Below, piece after piece: positions 12,701-27,100 of a stretch of DNA of 64,000 nucleotides (position 1 is its first letter; each line of letters starts with the position of its first letter). Where the stretch lies: the NCBI GenBank assembly GCA_977030845.1, contig OZ365114.1, positions 26,102,001-26,166,000 of the forward strand, written 5' to 3'. The notes below the pieces were generated by a model. It saw only the letters and a list, made by a program, of their open reading frames with translations. It was not told the origin of the DNA and searched no databases. Origin of the DNA: Fimbriosthenelais zetlandica. Taxonomy: Eukaryota. The position numbers were made by a program, and so were the translations under genes.

Positions 12701-15700
12701 CACACTAGAGATTGCATTCTGAAAGAATGACACCGAAATCCTTGCTAACAAAAGATCCCTTTGAAATTCATCACTTCCAAATCTGAAAGGATATTTCAAT
12801 CAGCAGTATACATTATCAAGTCTGCTACAGAACATGTCCTTGAAATATATTTCAAGCTGTGTTGAATGCGTTCTGCAGGATACCAAGGGTAAAGGGTATT
12901 TTATTGTTTCCAAAAGGGTATAGTAGTATGTTAAATTGGCAACTGTACTTTATATTATGTATTGGGTATATTATTAGCTGAATCCAGGCGGGAACCCATC
13001 TTAGCATATACCTTCTTTCCAGCCAGCTGCCTGTGAGCAAGATCCTTTCTTGCAAGTTTAACTTGCACGAGCCTGAGATTTGATATCAATAATACGCATG
13101 TTCAAAATGTTTTCAAAGACGTTGATATGCAATTAAATCTTTAATACGGAGATCAAATGATGGAGCGTTCTTGTAGATATTGAAGGCAGAGAGGTAGACT
13201 CAGAGGATCGTTTAATCCTGTCCTCGCTCCCTGTCTTTAGGCTGTTTACTTGTATATAGTGGAATATATAACATTCATTATAACATATTGGGGAAGGGGG
13301 CTAGTCTACCTGCAGTCTCAGCACCCGAGGGACTTCTAACCCGAGATGTGTGCGACATAGACAGACGCCTCGCCTCGGCCCCGAGGCCAATGATCCGTCC
13401 CAAGACTCCCACAAGGAAGTCTTTGATCATTTATTCATTTAGTAAGAATCAAGTTTCTTTACTGGCATGCAGGATGTGTTGTTTTAAGCTGACGCTAATG
13501 GCTTGCCTTTTCTACAACTGTGTATTGTACTCTCAGACTGACTGATGGAATGTGCTGAATATGACTGCTCAATAAAGTACACTAAATCACAGGCTATGCT
13601 GCCATTACAATTGATTTACATTCAGTGATGTATACAACAATTTATAGACATATATCTAATTCTTGCACAGCTGTAAATACTGCATCCAACATTAAGCTAC
13701 TCAAGTCTGCATCTCAAAGGGATGTTTTTCATCCTGAATATAAGAAGGGAAGGAATTTGTTTCACTCTCCAACTATTACTTTTAATATCGAGACTTGTCT
13801 CGACGGAAAAACCACTTTGAGATTGGAATGTAATAAATATTATTTTAGAAGAGATTCTTGAGATTTCCTCTTCATTTTGAATCTCCGGCTGCACGGGTGT
13901 ATTTGTCAGCAAGCCTTTCCATTAAGGATGGCAGACAGATTAATATTAATGACTGTGGGATTATTTTCTACTCAGACATGTCTGTTGGGCCATTAGCAGG
14001 CAGTGCATCAGCCCCTAATCCCAACCATGTATGTCTTACATATGCCAGCCCTGCCTTTATGGGCTGATAACAGTTCCTCTGGGTGTTAGGTGTAAGATAA
14101 GCCCGTCAAAGTAGTACACTTAGCATATAGACAACACTATGTATGTATATATGTGGCCCACTCTAATATAAACATATCTGTATATAATTTAGTATTTAAT
14201 TCAAATTATTCATTCTCCAGAAGACCTGTGTATTAGATGCCATCTTGTTCTGAGCGTTGTCATCTTCCATGTGTTCCCCTTTAGCTATGTTAACCTATTG
14301 GACTCTCATGCTTTATGGACGGCATTCTGTCATGTAGATAATAGTATTACTGTTATTATAATATATGACAAACTCAGGCATAGAGTTGGCTGGCTGGTCG
14401 TTAATTCTCATCACCCTGTCAACATGCATTCTTATGTACCTCACTCAGCTTAAATCACTGCCATCTATAGGCTTGTCAGCCCGCTGATCGCACCGTTCAG
14501 GCTTGTTTGTGAATTATATCTCCTGCTCTGGCCCAGATAGGAGATAAGATGGTAGGTGAACAATGTAGGTGGTCGCATCTGCTTTTTATGCACCCATGTC
14601 ATTATGACAACGTCTGTCATTGTTATGGTGGGAGAAGGGGAGAGAGAGAGTGGGAGATAGGGCCCTCAAGAAACATGGCCTGCGGGGGTGAGAGCAGAAA
14701 TTGACAACTTTAACAATAATGTTATCATTACAGCGATAATGGCAGCCCATGCCTGACACAGCAGAGAAGACGCCAGTCCTTCCAGACATTATTATCTGAA
14801 CATCCACGATGCCTCAATAGATGTGGGAGATGATGTATAGATATCTTGAGAAGGTGGCATGGAGAAAGTATCTGATTTACGTTAACAATAGCCTGTCCTG
14901 CTTTGCCCACCTAGAGCTGGTTACAGTTGCAGTACATTTCTTCTCTAACTGGTCACGACAACGCAAACACGCGTTGAAGGCGCCTTTTTTGCTTGAGCGA
15001 TAATACAATGAGTTGCCGTAGCATTGACGGTGGAGACAGCCAATAGAGGGAGTGGTGTATTGATTAGTGTCGCTGTTTTGTCACTTCTAATGATGCCGCT
15101 ACAAGGCGCTATAGGTGAATGTTTCCATCCACATTAATGCATGAGGTAACTGAGGCAAGATTGAACCAGTGTCAATCTATCTTGGGGTGTCTCAACCGGT
15201 TTATTTAATGTGATCCAATCGCCTTGCGACTTGATTACGAGCAAGGCGACTGATTCGCAACCATTCTCTAAGATACTTTCATTTTTTATTATATTTCACT
15301 AATGTGGATACAGCTCTTGCAGTTAATTATAAATCTAAATCACTAACTAGCTTATGACACTAGTGATGTCACTTCAGATGGCATCCCCATTTTTCACAGT
15401 TGTAAAACCACAAGTTAGACAGGCTTTCCCGACAAGACAATTATACTGGACCTGGTTGAACATGTTGAAAGAGCATCTTCAAGACTTGCCAAAATGGAAA
15501 ATCCTTCTCCACTGAGGCGTGTTTTCACACCAAACCTTTCAAAGCCGAGACACTCCATGGGCATGGGGTTTCGGTGAAAGCTCCCGGAAACATGTGATTA
15601 TTTTGGTGTTAAGCAATTAATTGGATAATGCTCTTTTTGTCTGCACTGGGCGTCCCTTTTGGATCCGTTTTCCATGTAAAACAAGAAAGAAGAGTATTGA

Positions 15701-16340
15701 GTTATCTGGTTTTCTCCTGAGTTCCTTTGATAACAGTTCTGTACCCTGGAACACTTCCATGTTTCTCTTGGCAGCAATTCTCACATGCCGATACTCTAGA
15801 TGATGTTTGCATCAGAACGCTGCACCACCTGAGGTTTGTGACTAATTGATCTAATGTTATCGAACATGTATTTCTGGCATGTCCATAATTGATTGCTTTC
15901 TCTCAAGAGTCATCTCCACACACACAAACCCACACACACACTGCAAATCAATTTCCTAATCCACCTCGGCCATTTTGTTTCTATTCCCAAAGCAATTTCA
16001 AGTCCCTCCCATTTATGGAAACCCGTTCCTTTTCCCTAATCTTTACTCATATATACTCATTGAAAGCTTACTTACCTGAACATTTGCATCAAAGCAAGAC
16101 AGATTTTATAGTTCTATAGAATACCTACACGTGTATGTGCCTGCGGGGGTTGAATTTCTGAATGACCTACACACTTTGAAATGCAAAGCTTCTAAAAGAG
16201 AAGAAAGAAGAAGCATCATGCTTTAGCTGAAGGGCATGTTCTCTACATGCAGCTTGAGCCCACTTAGACTGATACAAGGACAAACTTGCCCATGTCTTAA
16301 GGAAATAGACATGTATTCAGTAATGTAGACACTTAAGTCT

Positions 16341-16780
16341 TTCATGTTCTCCGGGCGTCTGCGTTACCTGATCCATTCCAGTAATGTACCATATTGTAAC
16401 CCACATGTCTCGCTTCCCATACATGGAAACGCACAACTTTCTTAATAACCCAGATCCACCTATAGTGGGTTTTAATGCAGCATAGTTGTATTAGAACCAC
16501 TGCTGCAGCATATTCGCAGTACTTCGCTGAAGTCTTCATTTTCTTTTGTGAAATCCACTTTTGATTTGTACCGCGATTCCTTGTGTATCGGTTTGTTTTA
16601 TTGATGACATTTTTGGAGAATATGCAACTTGGACTAAAGAGATCGTACTACATGTATTAGATGCAATATTTGAAAGAAAACTTTGGCTGCAGCTCCTCAT
16701 CCATCCCACTTTAGATCTGACGAGATAAAGTAGTAAAACTTTGGCCATACTTTACAGGAGAATTTAGTTTTTATCGAGCA
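16341..16780 (+). mobile_element. Decayed Penelope-like (PLE) reverse transcriptase
   Basis: Colinear FMFSGRLRYL (16341-16370), YMETHNFLNNPDPPIV (16420-16467), FIDDIFG (16597-16617), HPT (16702-16710, same frame as IDD) and LYRR. This matches the PLE order F.FnG..Y / M..lE..fL / YIDDIFG / HPT / lYRK. Confidence 0.6.
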
Positions 16781-19700
16781 CCTAATGTTATCGTTTACTC
16801 GATCATGTTGGAAGTAGCCTCTGTGACTAAATCGATGCTTCCCCAATGGGGTGGAGACCTTTAATAATGAACATAGCTTACAGCAATTACCATGGGAGCG
16901 ATGATAATTACACAATCACCCTCTATTGATGCCATCCATACTTATGTACATGGATAAAAAATTATGAAGAGAAACTGTTCCATTATTGGTCAAAACGATC
17001 AATTTATCATACCATTTTTCAGAACCCTGTTCAAGGGAGTCTTTTGTACTTAGATACTTTTGTTAGTTAAAAAGATGGAAGACGGATGTTTAAGGATGTC
17101 CTTATGATTAGAACGTAGAATACATGGCCTAGAATGGTTGTCTGCGTTGTGTGCATGTGCCTTCTAGGCATGCATTGGAAGTGATAGGCCTAGGCGACCG
17201 CCCCACTCCGAAAGCCTGCTGCTGTGTAGGCTTGAAATGGGTTTAGTAATCAGGTGAATTAAATTATGACATAACCCGTATGGATGTGAGGCACAGCTGA
17301 GTAACATTTGGGAAATGAGTGATGAGGGGAACTCGTTAGTACAATCACATAATCACTTCTTGATGGCATTATGACATAAGCTGTATACATTTTCCCATCT
17401 CTAAAGAAGGCATAATTGCGTTTGGACACGGGCAAACGCAGAGATGCTTGTTAGGTCAGATGTTTCCTGTTAATTCTTGCAATGAAGGCAGAAGTCATTA
17501 TGCAGTAATTTGGTCTGAATTTGGTCATCGAGTTATGGTAATGGCGATGGAAAACATTAAGCTTTTTCTCGCACATTTAGGCAGGGCTGTGCTCTGCACC
17601 AAATGCCCCACTCTTGCATGTCATTCCGTCGGATGGCCAGAGATGGTTGAAGAAGGTCGGTAATCATTATGATTAAATCAGGAAACTTTCTTCTTGAAGT
17701 GAAGTTCTATCACCCAAATCACACACAATTAAAATGTGAAATGCTTTTCAAATTGATCATTTTTTCCCTCACCACCGAGAATTTTTGGTTCAATTTCAAC
17801 ATGTTTATTTTGGAAAGTCTTGGGGCAGGAAACAGTTTAAAGTAGCCGAATGATTTACCCTTAAATGCACCTGGAGTCAGTTGTGGGGTGAAATATTTCA
17901 CATGGGTATTGTTCACTGTCACATTAGCCGGCTCTCTACCTGTGTGGGTCCGATGAGTGAACTGATAAACCTGTCTTATCAAACTATACCTTTACTAAAT
18001 AGATCCCACGAGCGGATGTCCATTATAACATCGTGAAATAAGTGAAAAGATACCATCTTCATTCAGGTGAATTATAACCAGTGTTTATAATCTGTCTCAA
18101 CTGAGATTCAGTGTACTCATGCAGTTGAATTTGAACGTAGATTGAATATTAATGGTACGGTTATTTGACAGGATGAGTGTTGTTTCGAGTCTTTCTATCG
18201 TGTTTTGAATTTTACTGCTTTAAATTTCCAAATAAGAAACGAGATGAAATCCATGGAATCTGCGAATTTGCCAGTTGTAAATGGGTCAACTGTTGCATGA
18301 GCACCGTCAAGGTGGCGCTATTTTCTCCCTCCCATCCTCACTCTCTCCTAATTGCTCGATGGAGTGCAGGACTTGAAGAGGGTGTAAAATTATTTTGTTG
18401 TCTTTCCGACCACATTTTCTCTGCACTTTTTCTCGCCCTCTTCCCTCTCCTACCAAACTTCATGTCGTTTTGCATCATGATTTGATTACCATCAAAGCCA
18501 CCAACACGTGTCTATCGTCCCACACTCTGACAGGCTTTTACAGTGAAAACTTTGTTGATCATCACTCGGGTGGAATCCTCCCAGTAAAAATCCCATCTCC
18601 AGTCTGCTCACTTTTCAAAATAGACATGCAACTTTCAGCTTACATCGTTAAAATGTCACCATTTTAATACTCTCCCCTGTAGAACCCGCTTCCTGTGAGT
18701 TCTGAAAAGGTGTCTGCGATATAAGTAAAGGAACCGGAAGTTGGCTGAATCTGCCAATCAATGCCCTTCCTTTTCTGTGATAGATGCGCATATCGAATAA
18801 AGTACAGCAGCCTTCTGTGGGTAGCCTATCTGTAAGGGTAAAGTCCCTTTTATTTGCTGCTGATCAGAATTCTTCACGGTGCTTCTGGCCACAAATGATG
18901 TGCTATGTTTGCATGAGAGCCACACACTGCCTGTGAATGGAGGAGAATTGACAAGGTGTCAAGCATTTGGCAAAGCGTCTCTTCGGTTTTTAGACCACAT
19001 TCACTGAGGATGTGTGTCCGGAATTTTCTCGAGTGGAAAGCAGTGAGAGTTGTGTAAGATGGCATGCAAACCGGACAGCACAACATCAGCAATTACCCCA
19101 GAGTGAAGCCCGGACCCACTTGTGGCATCGGGGAAGGGGCGTAGGTCTGAATTGCCTCAATAGAAGCAAATTACGGGCTAACGCTGACAAATTGTAGCAT
19201 GCACCCTTGGTGTTGGGGTAGAAATACCGTGATTAAGGTAAGGAGTGACCAGGATTAGAGCCTTCCAACTGCCTCTGGTCAGGGAGGTCATTGGAGGAGG
19301 CACTTCCCTGAGTCTCTTCAACCGTGTACGGCATGGCCCTCCAAGAGAGCAGCCTGTTGGCGCTCTGCTGCCCCATGGCTGACGTGAGGTGAAATATGTT
19401 GTGGGGCCCACCCTTCCAAATTGGGCTTGTCGTGCAGTAGGCCCACCATCTAATCCAATCAGTGATTGCACGTGGGAGCAATCTGAATGTGTCTGTTTCC
19501 AAATGCCGCAGCTGGATGTGTGCTCGGCCCTGATTGGCTGGGAAGGTTGACCTCGGGTCGTGACCTGTTGATGGGCCGGTTTTTTCTCATCCTGCTATTC
19601 CTATTATAGAGGCTTTCAGCATCTTCCACGATCATAGTCCATGTATGGACAGACCTTCAGTCTGGACATTGCATCAATTTGACTCAGTTACATTCAAATG

Positions 19701-22211
19701 TAGGCCTACCCGTTGAATACCTTCCCCTTCCATAACATTACATATTAAAATAGCTTTTATAATGGATCTGTAGGGCATCATATCTATGATTCGCACCTTT
19801 TCCTTAATCCATTCATGGTGCCCAATGTTTAAGAGCTGCTCTGAAGTGAAGATATCCTCATGCATCCATTCATTACAAACATGCATAACAGATATCAGAC
19901 TCTGTCACTCCATTTTCACCATTACTCTTTGGCCTGTCACCTCATTCAAGTTTATTAAGATGGATGAGCAACAACCCTTTTATGTTCAGACAAACGATAA
20001 TCATGAGAAACTTGTTGGAAATACAAACTCATTCGAATATCAATAAACACTTCTTTTGTGCTCCCAGTCATCCCTTCTCTTCCCACCATAAGGTTGGTTC
20101 CCAGGGTTTAGAATGCCCCTCTCTCATTGATAATTGACCAGCCCCAAATCTTGGACCCACAAAAAGGAGATCCTTTCAGCTGAGGTCATACCTCCAGCAG
20201 CGAAAATGCCCTCAACCGGGCGCCTCCACTGCCACCAGCCCATTCACTAACCGGAGAATGCCAATTCCCAGAGATAAAAGAGACAAAACACAAGGGACCA
20301 AGGCTCATTGAAATTCAACACACTTTCTCCTGAAGACTATAATTAATATTCATCCAGGGTTTAATTAGCTTCAACAAGGCTTTTGTCGTTTACTTGTTAC
20401 ATGGGAAGCCACTGGACCTCCAGGAGAAAAGCTCTATATTATGAAAATAACTCCGGTAATTAAAATTAATGCTTGTATGGACAAAGGTAATGAAAACTTC
20501 ATAGTGGGGAAGATTTGATTATTGTATTCACTCTGATTGGGGATTTAAAGTTGATTGGCCGTATTGAAGGAGTGGGCACTGTGATATTGAGTAAGGCAAA
20601 TGAATCAAGCACCTCAGAGATAGGGAACAGGAAGCATTATTATTGTTACTATGAAGAAATGATTCCAACTAATTCAACACTTCAAGTAGGAAAAAGCTTC
20701 TAAAATGGAATTGTAAAATTAACAAGTGGCTTGTTGTAAAATGTGACCACCCAGTGATGTAAGCCTGGTCGGTAGTGGAGAGGGCTGAACGCCCCTTATA
20801 ATCCACCATCAAATTCACTATTAATCGATCCAGTCATGTTTTCATGACAAACACCTCTCAGTTTATAGAAATTCTAGAATCATTGGGAGTTAGTGGATAA
20901 TTGGAGCCTTGTCACCCCTGGAACAATACGGGTGAACTCTGGTTATGGGCGACGCACGCTTGTGAGTTAATTGCAGCTTTGAAGGCACGACTGGCGGGCG
21001 ATAATGAAAACTTTCGCCGCGATTGAGAGGCCCTTCCGGCCATTTAGACTGATTGAAAACCAATTGAAGGCATCGGGCTAACAGTGGAAATGAGTCATAA
21101 CTCATCTATATGTACCTATGGGCGATGCTCGTGCCTGCGTTTGTTATGGTGAATCGTAAAAACTATTATTCTGCCATCAACTACGAGCAACAGCATGACT
21201 GAAATGAGAAATAATAGCGGCTGATTTATATGCTAATGCACTACAACAAGCAGTCTTATTTATCTATATTGGAAACATAAAGCTTGATATACTGACGATG
21301 ATAGATTGAGGGATTTACATTGTACTAAATTAAACCTCTTCTTAGCATTTTCCGTTGGAGAGTGAATCGAATGCTCATGAGAATAATTTCTCTGTTTCTT
21401 GTTAATCAGTGTTGAATATAAAGTCTGACTCCTCTAACTCCTGCTGCCAGCGAGTGAATCAAAATCATGACTCTCAGAGTTAATCATTCTTACTTCTCAC
21501 CGACGCTTGATTGATTGTGACGTTCATCACCCAGAAGAGGGTTATCTTAATGCATTATGTGGTAAATGCCATTATCTATCGTCTAACGTCTACATCCTTA
21601 TTTGTATGTGGCCTATTACATACATGTCACTTTGTCAATTGACTCAAAACTTTACAGATCGATTTGATTTATATCAAAAGTAAATTTCGCTGTCAATGAA
21701 TTGCAAAATTGCAGTTTATTTAGTCGAAAATCCATACTTTTCAGATAGTGCCAGAAGTCATTTTATGCCAGTTTACATCACCCCTTGCATGTTGGCCCAC
21801 AGAGGGCGTGTGGTCTTCCCTTAAATTTGATTTGAAACAGAGGAAGAGACAGCATAGGCGTCCCTCATAACAGGTGCTGAAATTGAGAACTACATGCCAA
21901 TAATTATTATGTAAAAGAAGGCCCGTCTCTTAATATGCCCATCACCAGTTTTGTTCAAACGCTATTAAGAATGAGGGAACGGAGGAATTTTGCTGGCAAA
22001 ACTTCACAATTGCCTTGGGCAATATCGATTTCCTCTCTCCCAGATTGTCAGTACAAACGCAATACCCTCCATATTAATTCAATGGAGAACCTGGGCTTTG
22101 AAGTTCTCACGCTACAAGTGCTTGTGGGTTGCATGTTCTAATATGCTTGTTGTCCTTGTTGCTATTTCATTTTTTTCCTTAATCGATTCTTTCAATTTTG
22201 ATTGCATTCAG

Positions 22212-22252
22212 TTCTAATTCCTGTTATATTTTCTCTTTTTTTTCAGGTAAGT
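22212..22252 (+). other. Recursive splice site (branch point, polypyrimidine tract, CAG|GTAAGT)
   Basis: CTAAT 22214-22218; no AG from 22212 to 22244; 16-nt pure pyrimidine run 22229-22244; CAG 22244-22246 directly followed by GTAAGT 22247-22252. Confidence 0.55.
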
Positions 22253-23579
22253 TCCTCCATTGACTGTTCTCTGACCTCGCGGTCGCCAGACAAACCATGT
22301 ACTGTAAGTAGACATATCTGTGTAATATTTTCACATGGTTTCGCAGACCTTTAACTTACATAACATTTAAAAAATTATTTTGGACTTTTAATAACAAAAT
22401 CGACATTAAAATAATACTGATTTTACTCGAAAGGACATTTTAAATTTGCTCCTGCTGATAATGAAATAACAATGCCATGATATGATAACATTAACACTAG
22501 TAAAACATATCAACATTGAATCAATAAATGTAAATAGTCTCTAATGATGTTATCTGAAATATAATGACACCTCGTGGAAGATAAAACCTTATAGGCAGGA
22601 AATCCTGGTGGAGTAGTTTTTCTCCACTCGGAGACGAGCACAGTTAAGTCTAAGTCACTTAGAAAGACAATAATTGCAGCTCTGTGACTTAAAAACAACT
22701 GGCTTCCATTTGCAAGCCTCCATCTTGTCGCCGAGGTGTCTCTTAGGAGGGCAGATCCGCCCAGATAAAACAGGGCCTACCATGTAAATGCTACTCCTTA
22801 TCTTGTTATCCCTTTATCATGTGCCATTTACATACTATAAATCTCTAGATGGTCCTACACACAACTTTCTAGTAACATTGTGTCCTACTCATTATGGCAC
22901 ATCATTAAATGTATTTCATTTATTCAGTCCTCTTAATTTCGCGTATGCGTCTTTGGCTTTCTGTTGGCATTGGAAATATATGTCAAAAGTACCTCAGTGT
23001 GTCGTAGAGGCCTTCAATGTAATTACTTCCTTACACAACCTTTTCAGGATATACTAATGGCATAGATATCTGATATACCTAATGCTGCTAAATATTGAGA
23101 TACAGAAGGAACATGAAGGAAGAGTTTGCCTATGGCAGCAAATGTTTTACCATTAAGTTCCATCTCATGGCTAAAACATGATAGAATATGACATTCTAGC
23201 AGCAGTAGCCTAAAGGCTTTCTCTTAGCCCCATTCGGAACGTATGCCTGCCTGCTAAACGTGTAGAACAGATTATTGTTATAAGAAGCAAGGTGTAAAAT
23301 CTTCTCTGCTGGTGTGCACACACAATCCTATACCCCTTCCACCACAACAAAACCCATTTATCACCTCACCTCAGCACGCCAAGAGGTGCCGACAAGTATC
23401 TGGCTTATTTTCCAACGTGTTGAAAACGTCTGGATCTAACATTTACGCACCAAGACCCCACAGACTGGCAAAATGTTGGCCATTTCTGTTTTAAAGGCTC
23501 CCTTGAAAGAAAAATAAGCCCCCTAGTGGCAGGAAGGTGTAACTGATTGCTCCATCAAACCTAGCACGTTCCAAGTCTC

Positions 23580-24100
23580 GCCATGTCTCGACCTCCTCAC
23601 GAGAGCCTGTCTAACATCTCTGTCGCCAAGGTGACGACGCCGACGTAACATAGAGCGTCGTAGCCATGTGGAGGTCGACCTCTTCAGCTTCTGGGGCACC
23701 AACACTTCAAACACTTTCACCTTGTTTTGTTTTTGGGAGCCTTGACTTCATTAGTTTTTGTGACCTTGATTTAAGGATGGGGTGTGTTAGGGTTGGTGTA
23801 TACCGGTAGATGGTGTGTTTTGGCTCCTGTTTGCCAAGCGGTTTAACAACATAGTCATTCACATGACGAGCAAGATGAATTACCAACAGTCTCAAAACTA
23901 ATTTGTTGCCTTTTTCTGTGATGTTCAGCAATCAAATCCAATTTTCTCTTGACTGAGGCGTACCAAATGATGGTAGCCCTTCCCAGTCCATTGAATGGCT
24001 AAACCTGAAGCTGAAGTCAGCATAAAAATCATGCTATGTTAATAATACTGTGTTAAGAAACGTTGAACAAAGATGCTCCTGTGATTTAATGCGAAACAGA
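23580..24100 (-). mobile_element. Second decayed Penelope-like RT
   Basis: Minus strand, in order: FALNHRSIFVQ, GLA, RHVNDYVV (cf. RYVDD.fv; H and N are each one base change away), THPILK, VFEVLV (cf. FLDVLV), TSTWLRR and QALVRRS. Confidence 0.4.
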
Positions 24101-27100
24101 CAATGTTGTTTCCCCTCCAGCTAACCATCAGTGCCCCCTTGGCCTCAGTAATACCCTCAATGCCCGGCCTTGACCCCAGCCCATCTTCTCCTCCCTCCTG
24201 GCTTCCTTTTCCTTCCCACTGTGGAAGCCAGTGGTCCACTCACCTCCATCAAACCACCAGTAACCAGGCCTGGAATTTTTATCTTTATTCCGGCTATTAA
24301 TCTTTCCAACAACTCATTAAAATTTGAACTGTTTTTCCTCAAGCTTTCTCATGGGAGCTGGGGAGAGTAGGAGAAGCCAGTTCCGCTCCCTTTCTTGCTG
24401 TTTGTGACCCACGTCTTGAATGTTGTATGGTGGTTTCTTGAAGAAAAGGCGGAACCAATGGCGTTATTGATGAAGCCTGGAATGGCAGGAGGTCACCAAG
24501 GTTACTCACAGTTCACCAAGGTAACGACCAGTCGTCATGGTGATGTTACACAGGAAACACAATCCCATATTACCCTCCCCAACTCACATGTCTCAAGGAC
24601 AGGTCGTAATAGATATTTTCCGATAGAGGTCGCCCTAAACAGACAATGACAAATTAAAACTGCTCAAAATGTGAAACGGGTCTTCATGATGAAGAATCTG
24701 TGATCTTTATCATTGGGATTCTGACTGGGAAATATGTTATGAAAGGGCCAGGGATTCAGTTGAGTATTATCCCTTCAAAGTGGAACTTATCCTACAGAAA
24801 TTCTTAAGTGACCCAAAACCATGAGTAGATTTTGAGCTGAAATGAATAAGACTTGTGTAAGAGATTTGCCCCAGACTGCGGATGCATGATTGCTATGGCT
24901 TCGAAGTCCGGGAAATTCGGCTGGTATAGGCCTATCTTACTTTCATTCTTCTCTTGTAAGAAGTGTGGTATAGCCATGCTGGTGGAATTATGAAGCCACT
25001 CTGTCCGAGGATTTTACTGTCAGTTCTTGCACATAGACCAGGATAAATATACATGTAGGAGTAAGGGTAGAACCCACATAGGTCAACCCATCTTGGTACT
25101 CCCCCCTTTATAGTGGGTCACATATCAGCCAAGACATTTCATGCATCCCCCAATAATCTTTACCCACATTCTACAAGCCTATATCCTAATGACATCTCCC
25201 CAGGAGGCCATCTCTCACTTAACATTCATGCTGAATGTGCTATTCATCCATACCCACTCACATATCTCCTCCTCCCTCATATAGCGCCCCATGAAAATAC
25301 ATATTATGAGTATTCAAGGGATGTCTTCTTATCAGAAAATGTATTGCATCAATGGGTGTGAATTATAGGAGGTATTCAGAGAGTTATAGCTAACAACCCG
25401 GGTGAGAACAGGGTTCAGATGTGGTTACTATACTGAGGTTAACTTGTGTACAGGGTTGTTTCATCCAGTAATGTCATAACAGTATACTATTGAATAGTAT
25501 CTTGTCCATTACTATTACGAATTTCGCTCTTCAGTTCAGACGTAGTGATTTTCATGATGCTGTTGAAGAGTCGTATGGAAAATGACAATATTATGGGAAG
25601 TCTCCTATCTACGTACTTCAGTGCAAGCTTGTGCAAGCTTATCATATATTCTAACATGATAAATAACAACAAGCTGCTAGCATGTAATGCGAGCGATGCT
25701 CTCTGCCATATGCTCTTGGCAGATGTCATAATTTCAGCTGACTTGAGAACTGGGAGTTCACTAGGCTCCTTTCCTCTCCTCCGCCTCCCCCTTGAGTTTC
25801 ACCGACCATGAAATGCAGGTGTGATCTAAGCTGTGAGAAAAAGGCCCAGCTATAAAACCAGACGAGGTGTTCCTGTTTTTGTTCTGATTTTCCTTGACTG
25901 GCTTTCTTGGGCTTATCTTTGTATGTACCCTAATACTTCCCAGTTGAGATAAACAGAAGTGCAAGTCAAGAACTACTTTTTTAACAAGCACAGCTGATCT
26001 AACAGCCTTCTCAGTGCATCTTGGCAAAGTCTTTTTCATTGCTTTCACTATCCAAACTTTCTGTTTTTCTCTTATCTCTGGGTTGTACTTTGAACATTTG
26101 ATTAAACTCCATAATTATGTCCCCGGGGGAGTTTGAAAGCTGGTTTCTACAAAGAAGACCCTCTACATTGCATGTTTGTGTTGATGCCTTTGCTCCTTCC
26201 CTTCCTCTCCTCAGTGGCCTCACAGCATGATAAACCTCCACAGTACCACCCACCCGGATTATTTGAAGTTTCTATTTCCTCTACTATCATCTGAGAGGTT
26301 TCTTCTACTGTTTTCAACACATTTTACCTTACCAAGTGGTGGGTTCACAAAAAACAAATCATCGGCCCACACACTTCTCAGCTGCATGTCGCTCCCTCTG
26401 CAGCAGCTCACGCCTGTAATGTTTCAAATCGTTTACAACAGTAATGTTTTGAAATATCTGGAGCTCCTCTGAGCTGAAGTGAATTTTTTTTTTGAAAGAT
26501 AAGCTCTGTTCTCGCTCCTGAAATCCATATACTCAACGCCAATGTTGTATCAAGAATTGCCTGCTTCAAGCATTGAGCGCTGGAGATTCTATATTTATTG
26601 AAGCTAAAAATAAGGACTGGTGTAAAATGACTGGCAGTTGTCTTGGCCCTAATTTCTCAGCGGAAGGAAGACGTATTGACCATGATAAAGACTTTGACAG
26701 TCTGCAGTGTGGTGTCATGGTTCTGTTGAGATAAGCATTTGTACCTTTATCAGATAGTGTTAGTGGCTGTTTGTTTCTGTGTTCACTGATAAGCTTTTGG
26801 CCTGGTCGAGGGGTTATGAATGTTAAGGGGGTGTGCTACTGCTGGTGGTGGTGGTGTGGTATTGGGGTGGTAGGGTGGAAGACTGTGGGTCATTACACTT
26901 GGATCATTAGCCATGCTCCCTAGTAGACGCCAGCCCCATGCAGGTAATGGGGCGAGCGCCTCCAGGCGAGAATCTCTTACTGCTCCTCTATTCATATATA
27001 CATGATGAATGGTCGAGAAGAGCTTCCCATTCTCAACTATAGGACAAATACAAATCATTCACACTATTGGCACTGCATATTCAATTTCAAATAAGTCCCG

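Noticed and set aside
16070-16078. Minus-strand CAG|GTAAGT
   Set aside because: Lacks a real polypyrimidine tract; about 0.5 such 9-mers are expected by chance.
24244-24357. Minus-strand 114-nt exon candidate with good acceptor and GAG|GTGAGT donor
   Set aside because: Stops in all three phases, and it is on the opposite strand to the other candidates.
26187-26214. Strong + strand acceptors at 26214, 31915 and 52077
   Set aside because: No good matching donor; the latter two lie inside RT relics.
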